Source: the human T2T-CHM13v2.0 reference genome, Homo sapiens
Reading direction: 5' to 3' (one strand)
DNA: 64,000 nt
Assembly: GCF_009914755.1 (NCBI RefSeq)
Contig: NC_060926.1
Shown: positions 46,801 to 61,300 of the stretch, in pieces
How the letters are laid out: each line of letters opens with the position of its first letter
Numbering within the stretch: position 1 is the stretch's first letter
Translations under genes and position numbers: made by a program
Notes under the pieces: model-generated
Told to the model about the DNA's origin: nothing
Seen by the model: the letters and a program-made list of their open reading frames with translations, nothing else
Databases searched by the model: none

Positions 46801-48949
46801 ACTGTATAACTCTTTTTCATGATCCTGTTTTGTGTCCTCTACTCCTGCTTATCAAAATTTATATCAAAAGATGGTTCTCACAACTGAGTGTGATGTTTGG
46901 TCTGGCCACATCCATGCTTATTATTAAGCTAAACTAAAACTCCAATGTGATTTTTACGTGGGTTAATCCTAGGTATGCCTTCTTTATTCTATCCTTATAA
47001 ACTTGGATTTTTCAGACCTCAGAACATGATAACTTTACATTAACTGCTATAACATTTTAACCTTACAGGTTTATCTATTTTTTGCCTTTAGAGATTTTTT
47101 CAGATATTGGTAATAGGTGAATATTGTCTACATTACTTTTAACCTCATGCCATTCACAAATGTGATTGGCATGCTTGTCTGAGTGCTCATCAAAGTCCTT
47201 AATAAAGGAGTCTAGCAAAACTCTTTGGGGGCAGTTTGATTATTTTGCAAACCTAGAAATTCAATCAAGATGAAAAGCTTCAATTAGTCTGAAGAAATAC
47301 GAAATATCAAAACTCTTGTTTTCAACTCTGATGATAATGTAATGAACCTTTGCTATAATGTATATTTAGGTCTTTTGAAACAGTAGGCTTGTGCATGCTA
47401 GTAATTAGTTAAATTTTTGGTATATTTTTTATCTTTACAAAGATTGTAAAAGATGACAAAGTTTTAAACGTTACCTGACTTGTCTCTCCAAATAAATTAT
47501 GTTCAAAAGTTTCCAAAGGATTCTGTTGAAATGGGTAATATTCCTAAAGTTTCTTCTCAATAGCTTTTACGGTACAGAGAATGCCAGTCCAATAAGCCAA
47601 AGTAACCACCAAAGTAGCCTTGTGAAAGATCAATTAGTTCAATTATTCGTTTAAAATTAAGAATTTCCAGACAAATATATCAGAAATTATAATAACAATT
47701 TGTGCTATTTCAAGTGTTTACTTCTCACCACTAACTACTCTTTCAGAAAATATCTATCTATACCTTATTGAATTGTAACACTTTTTACCCCAATACAAAT
47801 ATCAAAACCTCAGGTGAGAAGATGTAGTTCCAGGTAAACAAACACAAACATTCCATTAAATATTCACCTGTGCCTCTGGTTAAGTCATTTCATCTCTGTC
47901 AAGATTCCTTAACAGTAAAGTAAACTAATAGTATGTCATCTCTTTCAAGGGATTTTTTTGAGTTAATGAGCATGCAGTGAGCAATTTAAGGATCAAACAT
48001 ACTGGGCAAAAGACTAAATTTTTATTATAGTGGATACTCGCAGCCTTATGTAATCTGCCAGTCTAAACCATGTGCTGCTTTGGCACATGCTTTACTGAAA
48101 ATAGCAGACCAGTTTGTGAGCTGGCACAATTTCAACATAGCAGATGGACATGCAACGAAATAACTAGCAAAGAGACCTTGTTTCAACATCAAATATGTTT
48201 CCGTAAGGCCAGATTCTTGGGCAAAGTTGTTTTAGCGATCTGGTTGCAACTAAGGTAAGATGGTATATTTCCTTTGCATTTAGCCTTCACTAACTATTTC
48301 TATATATTTTAGGGAGTTATTTCAGTTATTTCAGACACTGAAATATTTGTATTTGAAAATCACAATAACTTGGACTCTTTTAGTTTGGAATTTTGAAACA
48401 CCAGCAAAAGATGAGGCTTAAAGAATACTTGGATTGTCGCTTTATGAGAAACTATAATTATCTAGCTGGCCACTCAAGAAAATGGTAGATTTATTGAACA
48501 CTGTATCATGATACTCTTCAGTCAATGTTCTTTAATCTTGTGTCTGAAAGGAATGATGTTAACTGAGCTTTTTACTAAATTAGAATATTCCAGATATTAT
48601 TGACTAGCTCCTTTGAATGGTAATACATTCACATGGCAAGCTAAGAGTAAAAACTGTAAAAATTAATGGAAACTTCAAATAATTTTCAGTTATTGTCAAA
48701 TATTATAACAATTAAAACAAGAGACATTTATGCTAAATATGTCTTCCGGGATAAATGAATACCTTAAATTTAATAGGATAGTACATACATTAAATAAATA
48801 AATTATTTAAATGATTTGAATGTATTTTGTTCAGTAATGTTTAAATATATGATTTGTTATGGGTATAAATTTCATTTCAATTCCTGGATACATCATAACC
48901 CATCAGCACTGAAAAGCTTTTTGAGAATTAAGAGCAACAACTAAAGTAA

Positions 48950-51100
48950 TACATGCATATGATAAAAAAGCAATCAGACAATAAAAAGTACAAGTTTTCC
49001 TCCTACTGGAAAACCGCTAGTGCCTCTGTGAATATGTAACTACTTAATAGTTATGTGTATATGCTTTCAGAAACATCTGATATGTATGTTTTAAAATTTA
49101 TATTCTTATGTAATATTTTTATATATTTTAATTAATGTCCTAAAACTCTGCATATGACAATTCATATTTTTGTTTTTAATAGCTTTATATTAATTATTAT
49201 ATAAAAGAACCATGATTTATCTAAACAGTCCCACATTAGTGGCCATTTTAATATCTGGCAAGGGTCACATTACTGATCTTTTTCTGAAATTTCCTGGATA
49301 TTGTCACATATTTATTTCCCTAGATGAACACCAGTGTTATTTTGTCAAGTGTTCCTCCAAGTAAAAAGGCAGATGGAGTTTTCATTTGCATTGAATAGAA
49401 TTTATGAATTTAATTTAGGGAGAATTATAAAAATAAAGTTTTTAATCAAAGAACATGATTTTTTTTTACTATTCATTCAAGATTATTTATATCTTTCACT
49501 TGTATGTTTGTCATGCAATATATCATAGGTGTGTAAGCTTTTTTTCATATAAAATCAGTACATTTCTAGTTAGGTATACTCTTGATTATTATTATCATTG
49601 ATGCTAACCCAATTAACAACAGAACTTTTTCTTTCTCTCTATCTTAACCTGCCACTATTTGTATATAGGAAAGCTGCTGTTTATATTAATTGGCTAACCA
49701 TCCACTTTTTTTAACATTCTTTTATTGTTTGTAGATTGTGGTATATTCTGTTGAGTTTTCTTGCTTATATAGTCATAACATCTGCAAAAATTGTTACATT
49801 TCTATTCTCCTTTCAATTTTATATTCCATGCATTTCCTTCCCTTCTCTAATTGCACTGGCTAGAATTTCGGGAATATTGTTCAATAATACTGGTAAAGTA
49901 AGGATCTGTTTCATTTCTATCACTTTAATAAAATATGTTTAATTTGTTAAGCTTTATGTTGGCATTGGTTGGTGATAGCTCAATCCCTGTTACATTATTC
50001 TATGAAGATATAGATATTAATTTTCTTCTATGAAGGTATCTATTTTCATATAATATTAAGGGTTTTTATTTATTTTTGTTTGTTTACTTTAAGAGGTAGA
50101 TTTTATGGGTTCTTTTCAATTATATATTTCTCCTCACCTTTTCCATGAATTTTACACTCCATTGACTTTAAATTGGGCCATGTGACTTGATTGGACCAAT
50201 GATACATGGGTACAGATATTTTTAATGGGTTTATGTTGTTTTACTAACCCTGATCCTTTGACCTATACCATGGGGGCCACATGGTCCAGATAGGTTACTC
50301 CTTTAGCCTGAATCCAGTTAGTTCAGCCCAGCTCAGCATTGCCTAGTAGAGTTCATAGATTCCAGCCATACAGCAACCCACACAACTCAGAATGTGAGTG
50401 AGGAACAGAGTAACCAAATATTTATTTGGTCTTATCAATAACTAATTTCAATCTTAAGTGTCTTTGCATATATGTTAGTTACTATATTATTTTCATATGT
50501 TTTCTGAAAAGAAATAATCTTTATATGTCTAAAATGAAATCCATCTGCACACAGAAGGTAATTTTTTACATACAGCATAAATAATATGCTTTTTTTGAAA
50601 ATTTTAAAAAAATTATAATTATTTTTCAGACCTGGTCTATAGGAAGTACTTTTTTACAATTTGATATCATTTTAATAAGTAATATTTTTGTATTGCTATT
50701 TTGGTTTGCTGGCTTGACTTTTGTGTCTTCATCCAGTTTTGCCATCAGTGCTATGATAGAGTCAAAAAAACAATTTAGAAGCTTTGTTCTTAAAGTTATG
50801 TTTTGGATACATTTAAATAGCATTTGAATTTGTTTATTCACTTATAATCCAGGCCTGTTTTTTTTTTCTTTTAGGGAGTGGTTTGATAATGTTTTATTAT
50901 CATCTTAGTTTATTGGTCTATTAGAAATGTATGTGTATTTTGCTGACGACTCATTTCACTTAAGTTTTCAAGTTTATTTCTATAGTGTTTTACAAATTAC
51001 TCTTTTATAATTCTTATTTTATTCTTATAGTTATTTCTTCATCTTCATTTTATATATTCTTTATTTGCTTAGACTACTTAAATTTATCCCTGCTTTTATT
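48950..51100 (-). mobile_element. Ancient L1ME-type fragments, antisense, with an MLT1 insertion
   Basis: 'ctctaattgcactggctagaatttc', 'catgatttatctaaacagtccc' and similar reverse L1 motifs. Confidence 0.65.
50120..50425. mobile_element. MLT1 (I/J-like) LTR fragment
   Basis: 'ttgactttaaattgggccatgtgacttgattggaccaatg' is an MLT1 hallmark. Confidence 0.7.
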
Positions 51101-51354
51101 CTTATGTATATATTGTCTTATCTCTGCAGTGGCCAAAAAAATTTTAAATAGAAATTATGCTAATTATCCTTCTGATTAATCATGGCTAGATGATTTTCAT
51201 TGAAACTGCCATTACCATACCATCTTGCAACACACTTCTATTCCCTCCATTAAATCTGGCTTTCTTTCTAGCCTTGGAAAACATCAAACTTACCTCTGCC
51301 TTTGGACCTTTGCATTAGCTCTTTCCTCTACTTAGAGTATTCTTCCTTCAGAAT

Positions 51355-51842
51355 ACAGGTTCTCAACTGTGTCTATACATTGAAATAAATTGGAGTGTTG
51401 CAAAAGAAGACTGATGCCAAGAACCTGCCCTCAGATATTCTGATTTAATTGATTTGAAAGCAGCTTGAGAACTGAGATTTTAAAAACTCTTCAGGTGCTT
51501 CTAATGTGTGGAAAACCATGGCCCTAGGCCATTCTCATCCACGATTCTCAGGTGCTTCTAATGTGTGGAAAACCATGGCCCTAGGCCATTCTCATCCACG
51601 ATTCTCAGGTGCTTCTAATGTGTGGAAAATCATGGCCCTAGGCCATTCTCATCCACAATTCTCAGCCATGGATGAGAATGAAAATTCCAAACACCAAAGG
51701 GGTATAATATAAAACAATGCATGTGCTCCAACCCAAATTGATGAAATAAGAACTTTGGAGATTGGATGAGGGAACAGTCAAGAGTAGTTTTTAAAACTCC
51801 CTGGATGATTCTAATATGCAGGTAGGGTAGAGGAATACTGTC
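51355..51842. mobile_element. Two adjacent MER5-family hAT elements nested in L2 sequence
   Basis: 'caggttctcaac...ctcagatattctgatttaattg...ttttaaaaactcttcaggtgcttctaatgtg' and a second 'ttttaaaactccctggatgattctaatatgcag...gaatactg'. Confidence 0.75.
51492..51665. repeat. 57-bp x3 tandem repeat (minisatellite)
   Basis: Units start at 51492, 51549 and 51606; copies 1 and 2 are identical and copy 3 has two substitutions. Confidence 0.96.
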
Positions 51843-52546
51843 TTAAATGTTTTTATAATGGCTCCTACCTGTTCTTAGATAACAATTCAAGAATTACTGG
51901 AGAAAAGTTTTACTTGACCATATTATGTAACATATCTCCATATTATGAGTCCTTAACCCCCATATAGATTATATCTATTTTTTAGAGTTTACCACTGTTA
52001 AAAGGTATTTTATCCATTTATTCATTTATATATTTTTGTCTGATTTTTTCTGCTGAATTGTATTCTTCATGTATTATTAATTCTTATGACCCAACTGCCT
52101 AAAAAACAAATTTAACAAATTGTACTGTTTTGTTTTATTTAGTAGAATTGATAAAATCTGTTATTAATATTGTCACCTTTTAAAATAATTTTTTGATGCA
52201 TTTTTTCCTCCCCCATACTGAGTTTATATCATTGTATTATTGCTTTAGGTGACTCCTGTACATAGTACAGATTTGGCTATAGTTCCAACTAGTCTTGAAA
52301 TGAGAGAAAGTTTCAGTTGTTTGTTTTAGTCTTTTGGTATGTAGATGATTTTTTTGTTAATATTTATATCTGGTAATTTTCAAAAATTACAGATTAGCAT
52401 TAGTTATGAATTGGGTGGTTGCAAGAAAAATACCACCCAGTTGTTTTGTATAAAGAAGAACTTCAGTGAAAATTTAAGCATTGTAGAGAAAAATTGCAAA
52501 CAAGCCAAGAAAGACATTCAGGTAAAGGTGTTTCTAGAGATGTATC

Positions 52547-53243
52547 ACTTTGTCAAAGATCAGATAGTTGTAGGTGTGTGGTCTTATTTCTGGTTTCTTT
52601 ATTCTGTTCCATTGATCTATGTGTCTGTTCTTGTACTAGTACCATGCTGTTTTGGTTATTGTAGCCTGGTAGTAGAATTGGAAGTTGGGTAGTGTGATGC
52701 CTCCAGCTTTGTTCTTTTTGCTTAGGATTTTCTTGGTTATTTGGGCTTTTTTTGGTACCATATGAATTTTTAAATAGTTTTTTTCTAATTATGTGAAGAA
52801 TGTCAATGGCACTTATGTGGGAATAGCATTAAATCTATAAATTGCTTTGGGCAATGTGGCCATTTTCACAATATTGATTCTTCTGATCTATGAGCATGGA
52901 GTGTTTTTCCACGTGTTTGTGTCCCTTCTGATGTCTTTGAGGAGTGGTTTGTAGTTCTCCTTGAAGAGGTCCTTCACTTCCCTTGTTAGCAGTACTCCTA
53001 GGTATTTTATTCTGAAAGGATTCCCTACTTAATCAATGGTGCTGGAAGAACTGGCTAGCCATATGTAGAAAATTGAAACTGGACCCCGTTTTTACACCAT
53101 ATACAAAAATTAACTCAAGATGTATTAAAGACTTAAATGTAAAGCCCAAAACTATAAGGACCCTAGAAGAAAACCTAGGCGATACCATTCAGGACATAAG
53201 TACAGGCAAAGATGTCATGACAAAGATGCCAAAAGCATCTGCA
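52547..53243 (+). mobile_element. Internal L1PA ORF2 fragment with an inversion (minus 52547-53013, plus 53014-53243) and no 3' end or poly(A)
   Basis: The two halves are neighbouring L1 ORF2 segments in opposite orientation. Confidence 0.9.
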
Positions 53244-53479
53244 CATTAAGTCCTAAACAAAATATTTAAAACATTATAAGGAAGTTCACTAAAAGAGGGA
53301 AGACAGTCTTAATTGCAACCAGAGATCATAAGTGAGAGTACATGTAACAAAATGACACTTAGGCTTATAGATAACTTTTTAAGAGCAACAAAAGAAGACA
53401 AAAATTAATGGGAGAAAATATTTTTAAGGTGCTGAGAAAAATACCATGTTTCAATTCTATAGCTAATTTATTATTAAAA

Positions 53480-54880
53480 AGAAATATAAAGAGCATCTAA
53501 ATCAGAAAGGAGAAAATAAAATTGCCTCTGCAGACATCATCTTCTATATAGAAAATCCTAAAGATTCCACAAAAAGTGCATTAACTATAGATGAATTTTG
53601 TAAAGTTGCAGGATACAAAATCAACATACAAAAATAAGTAGTGTTTCTATACACAAAACAAACTATCTGATAAAGAAATTAAGAAAACAATTCCATGTAA
53701 AATAACATCAAAAAACACTTAGAAATAATTTTAACTAAAGAGTGAAAGATTTGTATGATGATGGAAGAAGATACAAGTAAGTGAAAAGGTAACTTGTGTT
53801 ATGGATCAGAAGGATTAGCATTTTTAAAATATCCATATGCACAAAATCATCTACAGATTTAGTGCAATCCCTATCAAAATTCCAACGACATTGTTAAGAA
53901 AATAGAAAGCACTATCCTGAAGTTCACACAGGACCACAGAAAACCCTAAAAAGCCAAAGCAATCTTGAGTTAAAAGAACAAATCTGGAGGCATCACACTA
54001 CCTGGTATCAAAATCAGCTACTAACATATAGTAAACAAAACAGCATAACACTGGCAAATATCAATGGAACATAGGAGAGAATGCAGAAATAGATCCAGTC
54101 ATTTATGGTCAAATTATCTTCAACACATTTGCCCAGAACACACAATTTCTTCAAAAAATAGTGCCGTGAAAACCAGATATTCACATGTTGATACCATATT
54201 TTGGCTATTGTAAATAATGTGGCAATAAAGAAGGGAGTGCAGACATCTCTTTGACATACTTGTTTCATTTTTTTTAAATACATGTTTAGTAGTGGGATTG
54301 CTGGGTAACATGGCAGTTCTATTTTTTAAACTTGGTTCAAAAACGGTTAAGGAAAATATGATATATACACACAACGGAATGCTATTCAGCCTTAAAAAAT
54401 AAGAAAATTCTGTCACTTGTGACAACATGAGATAACTTGGAGGATATTATGCCAGGTGAAATAAAGCCAATCACAGAAAGACGGATACCTCACAATTTCA
54501 TTTATATGTGAAATCTAAAAAAGTTTAATTCATACAAGTGGAGTAAAATGGTGGTTACTGAGTGAGGTGGTGGGGGATGGGGGAGGTGGTCAAAGGATAC
54601 AAAATTTGAGTTGTACAGGAAGAATAAGTTCAGGAGATATATTTTAAAACATAATAATTATAATTAATAACAATGTATTATATAATTGAAGAATGTTAAG
54701 AGAGTAGATTTTACATGTTCTCACCATAAAAAAGATAAGTATGTGAGATAATGAATATGTTAATGAACTTGATTTGCACATTCAATAATATACAACTTTA
54801 CTGGCACATCATGCTTTTTACCATACATATATACAAATTTCTTCCAGTGATAAAACCAAATATTTGTTTTTAAAGAATGA
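53480..54880 (+). mobile_element. L1MA (MA8-10-like) ORF2 and 3' end with an internal deletion and an inverted segment (~54193-54330)
   Basis: ORF2 motifs at 53500-54190; reverse 'ggctattgtaaataatg...gggattgctggg'; L1MA 3'UTR 'ggtcaaaggatacaaaattt...gagtagattttacatgttctcaccat'. Confidence 0.8.
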
Positions 54881-55299
54881 AAATGAGATAGGAACAGAAT
54901 AATACTTACATGCCAGTCACAAAAGAATGACTATATGATATAAATCAGAAAGAAAGAAATTAAAAGAAGGAAAAAGGAATGAGATCTATAAAGCAAAGAT
55001 GAACAAATTATATATAATATGATATATATAATATGATATATATATAATATGATATATATAATATATATATACATATATAAGCAGGTGGGTAAAACTAAAG
55101 AATTCTGATAGCACAAAATAATAATTGTTGTAACAATAATGACTATTATACTGATTAATAAAAAACAAATATAAAATGTAACAGTTTTGGGATTTAAAAA
55201 TTGTAGATATTTTTGTGAGAATGAGAGAAACAATTGGTAACATTAGACTTTATTAAGTATATAAGTTAAGAGTTTAATGCTTAATTTTCTTAGTAATAG

Positions 55300-57870
55300 A
55301 GGTAAAATGTGGAATAGATAAAATTTGACAAGTTGAAGATTATAAAAGGAAAACGGTGGGAAAAGAAAGCAATTAAAAGTAAATATTCAAATAATATGAT
55401 ATAAATAATAAAAATCAATAAATGTAACAAACCTGATTTGACTGAACTTGGTATTTAAAAGAATTTTTTAATAATCCTAGTTAACATAAATAAAGCTGTT
55501 ATAGTTCTAATAGTTTAAAAATAAATATACATAATCATTAGTAAGAAGAAAATACCATAAAATAAATATAACAATTCCAAAGTTTTGTTTTATTTAACAT
55601 AGTTTCAAATTCATACAGAGCATTAATTAGCATAATTATCAGGAGAAATTGATAAATCCACTTTTGTAGATTTTAGTATACCTATTTTAGTTATTGATAA
55701 GTAGAAAAATCAATAAAAATATAGATTTGAACAACATGGTGAACAAATATTAAGTTCAAACAAACATATATAATACCTCTATTTATAATGCAGAGAATTT
55801 GAATTTTTCTAGCCCACAGTGGTAGACTTGTGAAACCTCATCAGGTTCTAGGACACAAAATAAATATTTTCACAAAAAAAGGCATGTGGGAGTAGTTGTA
55901 TACAATAGCTTCTCTAAGCTGAAAAGAACTAAGGTAAAGTAAAAATAGAGCCTAAATTTTATTTAATAACCTACTATAAGTAAACAGTGGATTACATGAG
56001 AAATTGTAATGAAACCTAGGAAACATTTAGAATTATACGATAATGAAAATGCTACACGTCAAATATGTGCAATGTTGCCAGTTTTAAAAAATAGCTAAAA
56101 TCCTACAAATGTGTATAAAAAATGTAAAATCTAGATAGTTTCTAAAAATTGTAACTTACCCACCCTACTCATGAAAAAATAATACCTCTGTATATCTATA
56201 TCTGAAAAATCTATGCCTAGTCCCTCACTCAAAAAATAGCATTCCCATACATGTTTTATAAATATATTATGTCTTGCATTTAAGCAACATAAAGCCCAAT
56301 ATTATATAAATTCTTCTAGAGTAAAAAAATTCAATGCTTACCAAATCATTTTATAAGGATAGTATAAGTTTTTATAGCAGACAATGCAAGAAGTATATGA
56401 GGAAAGATCACTAAAACTAATTTTATATATGAACATAGTAAAATCATCTTTTAAAAAATACCAAATTATAATGTTCAAAGTTGATTTAATATTTAAAACT
56501 CTATTTTAACCAACACATTAAATATTAAAGTAGTAGTGAAAATAATTAGATAATTTCAATAAAGAATAAACCATTAAATCACATTTACATTTTAGAACAC
56601 TAGAAATAGAAAAATTTTTCTTCATAAATGTTATTTACCAGAAACTTACACAAAGATTGTTTTTCAAAGCAAATGTAATAGTTTCCTTTAAATCCGTATA
56701 CAAGACAAGGATGTCTTGTATCATACTTCTATTCAGTATTGCATTAGATATTCTAAACTATGAAATAAGTTTTAAAATTTAGAAATTAAGAAACAGAAGG
56801 GAATGTTTTCAGAAAAGAAATTGTCTACCTAAAAATCCAGACACATCTATAGAAATATAAGTAGATATAATAAGTTATTTTAAATTGAAACTATATTTTT
56901 ATGTCAGTAAAATATTAAAAACTTTATAATGTAATAAAAAGACCATCTTAGAAAAGTAACAAAGCCTATAAGATATTCAAGATTAATTCTAACATCAGTA
57001 GATATTATAAAATTTAGACACAGAAGATAAGATGCAAGTAAGTTTAAAGATATGCCATGTTTATGAATGGGAAAAGTCAATATCATGATGAAGATTCTTC
57101 CCCTGTTAATTGCAATTTCAAATAAAATCACAAAAGTTTATTTTACAAATGTTCTCAAGCTGATCATACTATATATTCAAGAATAGGCATAGTGAATTTG
57201 AAAAAGAGGAACAAGATTGGGAGACTGTTCTACAATTTAGAAGACTAAATATAATGCTAATGAAATTCTGGTAATTCACCATTGATAAAAGGATGAAGAA
57301 ACCAATGATTCAGACCCATACACATGTAGAAATTTGATGTATGCAAATGAAGACATTTAAAATCATTGGGACAGGTGAATTATTCAATAAATTTGACAGA
57401 AGAATTGTTTAACTCCCCCACCCAAATGGAAAGAAGAATATTTTCACCCTTAAAACATTCTTAAAAGTAAATTCTACGCAAACTAGTCACCTAAGATTTA
57501 AATTACAAAAAACAAACATTAAGAAAGAAGAAAAAGAAAGAAATATACAAGCCACAAGAAGAGATATGTGCATCACTTGGAACTTTCAAAGGATTAATAT
57601 TATGAAACTCATATACATAGAATAAGAGAAAAAAAACCAGCCAAGTAAAATAAGTGACAAAGATGTGAATAGGAAGTCACATAAGTTGAAACGCAAATGG
57701 TCAGTTAATACAAAATAAGACATTTAATTTCACTATTAATCAAGAACATATAAATTAAACCACAATCATATGTCATTCCATACCAATCAATTTAGAAAAA
57801 TTTAAAAGGATTACGAAGGATATATGAGTTCTCTCATACAATTCATAAGAAAAGGGAAAACATGGAACAA
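55300..57870 (+). mobile_element. Ancient L1ME-type ORF2 fragments
   Basis: 'caagacaaggatgtcttgtatcatacttctattcagtattg', 'atgccatgtttatgaatggg'. Confidence 0.65.
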
Positions 57871-58329
57871 AAAAAGAAAATACTAGAAATGGTGATGCCT
57901 TTCCTTGCCACCAAAAATTGTCATGGACTGTGCTCTCTAGAGACCCTAATCCTCCATCACAGTGCTTGGACTTTACTCGGTTTTGTTCTTTGTCAAATGA
58001 ATAATGATTCCCATTCTAGTTGCTCACAGATACCTCAACTGTACTCTGAAAAATGTTAACTTTTCTCATGCTGAAAAACAAGAGATAATAATTACATCAT
58101 GGCTTTAAATTTAAAATTATGTACAATTTCTGAAGCTAATATATATTATTTACATTCAAGATTCAGTTTGTCAACCAGGCTTTTAAAAATTGAAAGAAGC
58201 TTATTGGTAGGGTGCATGAAACTAAAAGGAAACAAAATGACATCAGTTTCTCCAAGCCATTTTCCCATTCCCCCTCTAATAGCCCAATTTTTTAAAAAAA
58301 TACAATGTTAAATAAGGTATGTCCTTTTA

Positions 58330-61300
58330 AAAAATCAACCTAGAGGTATAATTTACGTACAATAAAATGCATTCATTTAAGTGGTAAATTTTGACAAATA
58401 TATTCACTTATTTAACCACTAACACAATTAAGGCATAGAACATCTTCATCACCCCAAAGAGTTCCCTCAATCCCCTACTTAGTCATCTCCTCCCCCAGAC
58501 ACTACAACCCCCTTCATTCCAGATAATCTATAATTTTTTTTTACACTAGGTGTTTGCCTCCTTTACAATTTGATATATATAGAACTATGTAATATGTACT
58601 CTTTGGTGACTGAGTCCATTTGAGTAGCACAATGCTTTTGAGATTCATCTGTTTTACTTTTTAAGCCACGTAGTATCTTACATGGCAAAGTCACAATTTG
58701 TCTATTCACTCCTCTTTACGTGTACATTTGGTTTGCTTTTAGGTTTTGGCTATTATAAAGAAAAAAGCTATGACTATTCCTGTAAAAATCTTTGGGTAGA
58801 CTTTTTAAAATTTTTTTCTTTACATTTACTTTTAAAATAAATAGCCAACTCAAAAATATTTAAAGGAAAATAATGAAAAGTCTTTCTCCAGCTTGGCCCA
58901 AATAACTACGTTTAGTGGGTTCTTTACTCTTCCAATGATTGCCATGCACATAGAAGCCCACAGAGCGCTATGTACTTTTTTCTTTCCCTTCCTCATCCCC
59001 AAAGAACCATCCCATATGTACATTTCTATAACTTGCTTCTTTATTTTTTTAATTTACTTATCTCTAATCAACATAAAAATTTTTTTGATGTAAATTATTT
59101 GAATTTACCACATGTATAGATTTGAGTAACCATTACCACATCAAAGAGATGAAATAGTTTTCTCACCTCATAAAATTTCCTGTTGCTATCACTTCACAAT
59201 CAAATTCCTTCAAGCATCTCACCCCTGACAATAACTAATACATTCTCCATCACTGTAGTCTTTTTGAGAACCTAAGTGGAGCCATACAGTAAGTAACTTT
59301 TTGAGACTAGTTTCTCTCACTCAGAGTAATGTCTCTGAGATTCATCCAAGTTGTTGTATATATCAATGGTTTGCTTCATATTTTTTAAAACTTTCTTTCA
59401 TATATGGCTTTAATTATAAAGTTTCTTTTCATGCAATTAAAAATATTTTAATGAACTCATTTTCAGACAGTTGCAGATTTACAGAAGAATATGAAGATAG
59501 TATACAGAGTTCCCGTAGCCCTCACACTGTTTCACCTGTTATTAATATCTTGTAGTAGTATGGTATATTTTCACTGTTAAGGAACCAATATTTAAAGTCC
59601 ATACATCATTCATGTTTCCTTCATTTTAATCTAATGCTGTTTTTCTGTTTCAAGGTGTCATTAATGATACTACATTATGTTTACTTGCATTGTCTTCTTA
59701 GGTTCCTCTTGGCTGTGGCATTTTTCTCAGATTGTCCTTATTTTTGAAGATTTTAACAGTTTTGAGGAGTACTGACGAGGCATTTTGTAGAATGTCCCTA
59801 GATTAGGATTTGTCTGATGTTTTTCTCATGATTACACTGAGGTTATGAGTTTTGGGGAGGAAGATCACAGAAGTCTACCTTTGTCATTTCTATCACACCA
59901 TATCAAGAATACATACTATCATGACTAATACTATTGATGATAACTTTGATTATCTGGCTAACTCAACCCTTTTTATTACTATTCTATTTTATGGATGCAA
60001 CACAGTTTGTTTATCCAATCACTTCCTAAAAGACATTTAGGTCATTTACAATTTGGAAGATTATGAATAGTGCTGCTATAAATACTCACGTACAGATTTT
60101 GGTGAGAACATAGTTTTCCTTACTTTTGGGTAAATACTTTGTAGTGGGACTACTGAGTCACAAGGTAAGTGTAGATTTAACTTTACAAGAACTTGCTACA
60201 CTATTTTTCTAACTGTCCATTTGGTATTTCCACCAGCAATGAATCACAATTTCTGTTCTTTATTGTCACTAATTTTGTTTTAGTATTTACAAAAGTTTTA
60301 GCCATTTTACTAGTGTATAGTGCTACCCCATCATGGTTTCAGTTTGCATTTTACAAATGGTAAATAATATAAAACTTTTCATGTGATTACTTGTCATCTA
60401 CGTATTCTTTGATGAAGTAACTGTCATTTGTCTATTTTTGAAAGTTAGTTGTTTATTCTCTTTGTGTTGAGTTTCGATACTTTATTGCATATTCTGGATA
60501 TGATTTCTTGGTCTTACAGGTGGTTTCCAAATATTTTTCCCATTGTTGCTTGTATTTTCACCATCTTAACAGAGCATGTCTTTCACAGAGAAAAATATTT
60601 CAATCTTAATGAAGACCAATTTCTTGATTTTTTTTTCTTTTGTAGATCATTATTTTGGAAGCCCAAGATCTCAAAAGTATTCAAGAATTCTTTAGCAAAT
60701 CCTAGGTCTTAAAGATATTTCCTATGGCATCTTTTAAAAGTTTTTCAGCTTTATGTTTTACTGTTAAATTAACAATCCATTCTGAGTTAGTTGTTTTTTT
60801 TTTTTTTTTAGATAAGGCATGAGATTCAGCTCGAGGTTTTTTTTTTTTTTTGTCTTTTTTGTCTATGGATATCAAATTGTTCTAACACTATTTGTTGAAA
60901 AGACATCTTTGTTGCATTGAACCCCTTTGCACATTTGTCAATAATAGTTGTCTGTATTTGTATGGGGTTATTATCTGGGCTCTCTCTTCTGTTCAACTGA
61001 TTTATACGTCTCTCTCTCTACCAATACCACACAGTATGATTACTATAGCTCTATAATAAGAAATTTGAAATCAGAATGAATAATAACCCCTTCATCTTTA
61101 TCCTTTTTCAAAAATTTTTTGCTATTCTAGTTCCTTTACCTTGCCATGTAAGCATTAAAGTAAACCTGTTTATATCTAAAAAATATTTTGCTGGAATTTT
61201 GATAGAAATTGTATTATATCTTCCTGTGAATAAATAGATAATTGACATTTTTACTTGTTGAGTTTTCCAATTCATTAACACTGTATGTCTCTCCATTTAT

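Noticed and set aside
51492-51665. CRISPR-like array or repeat-protein CDS
   Set aside because: Units are contiguous with no unique spacers, the context is a eukaryotic transposon, and 57 bp being a multiple of three explains the ORF.
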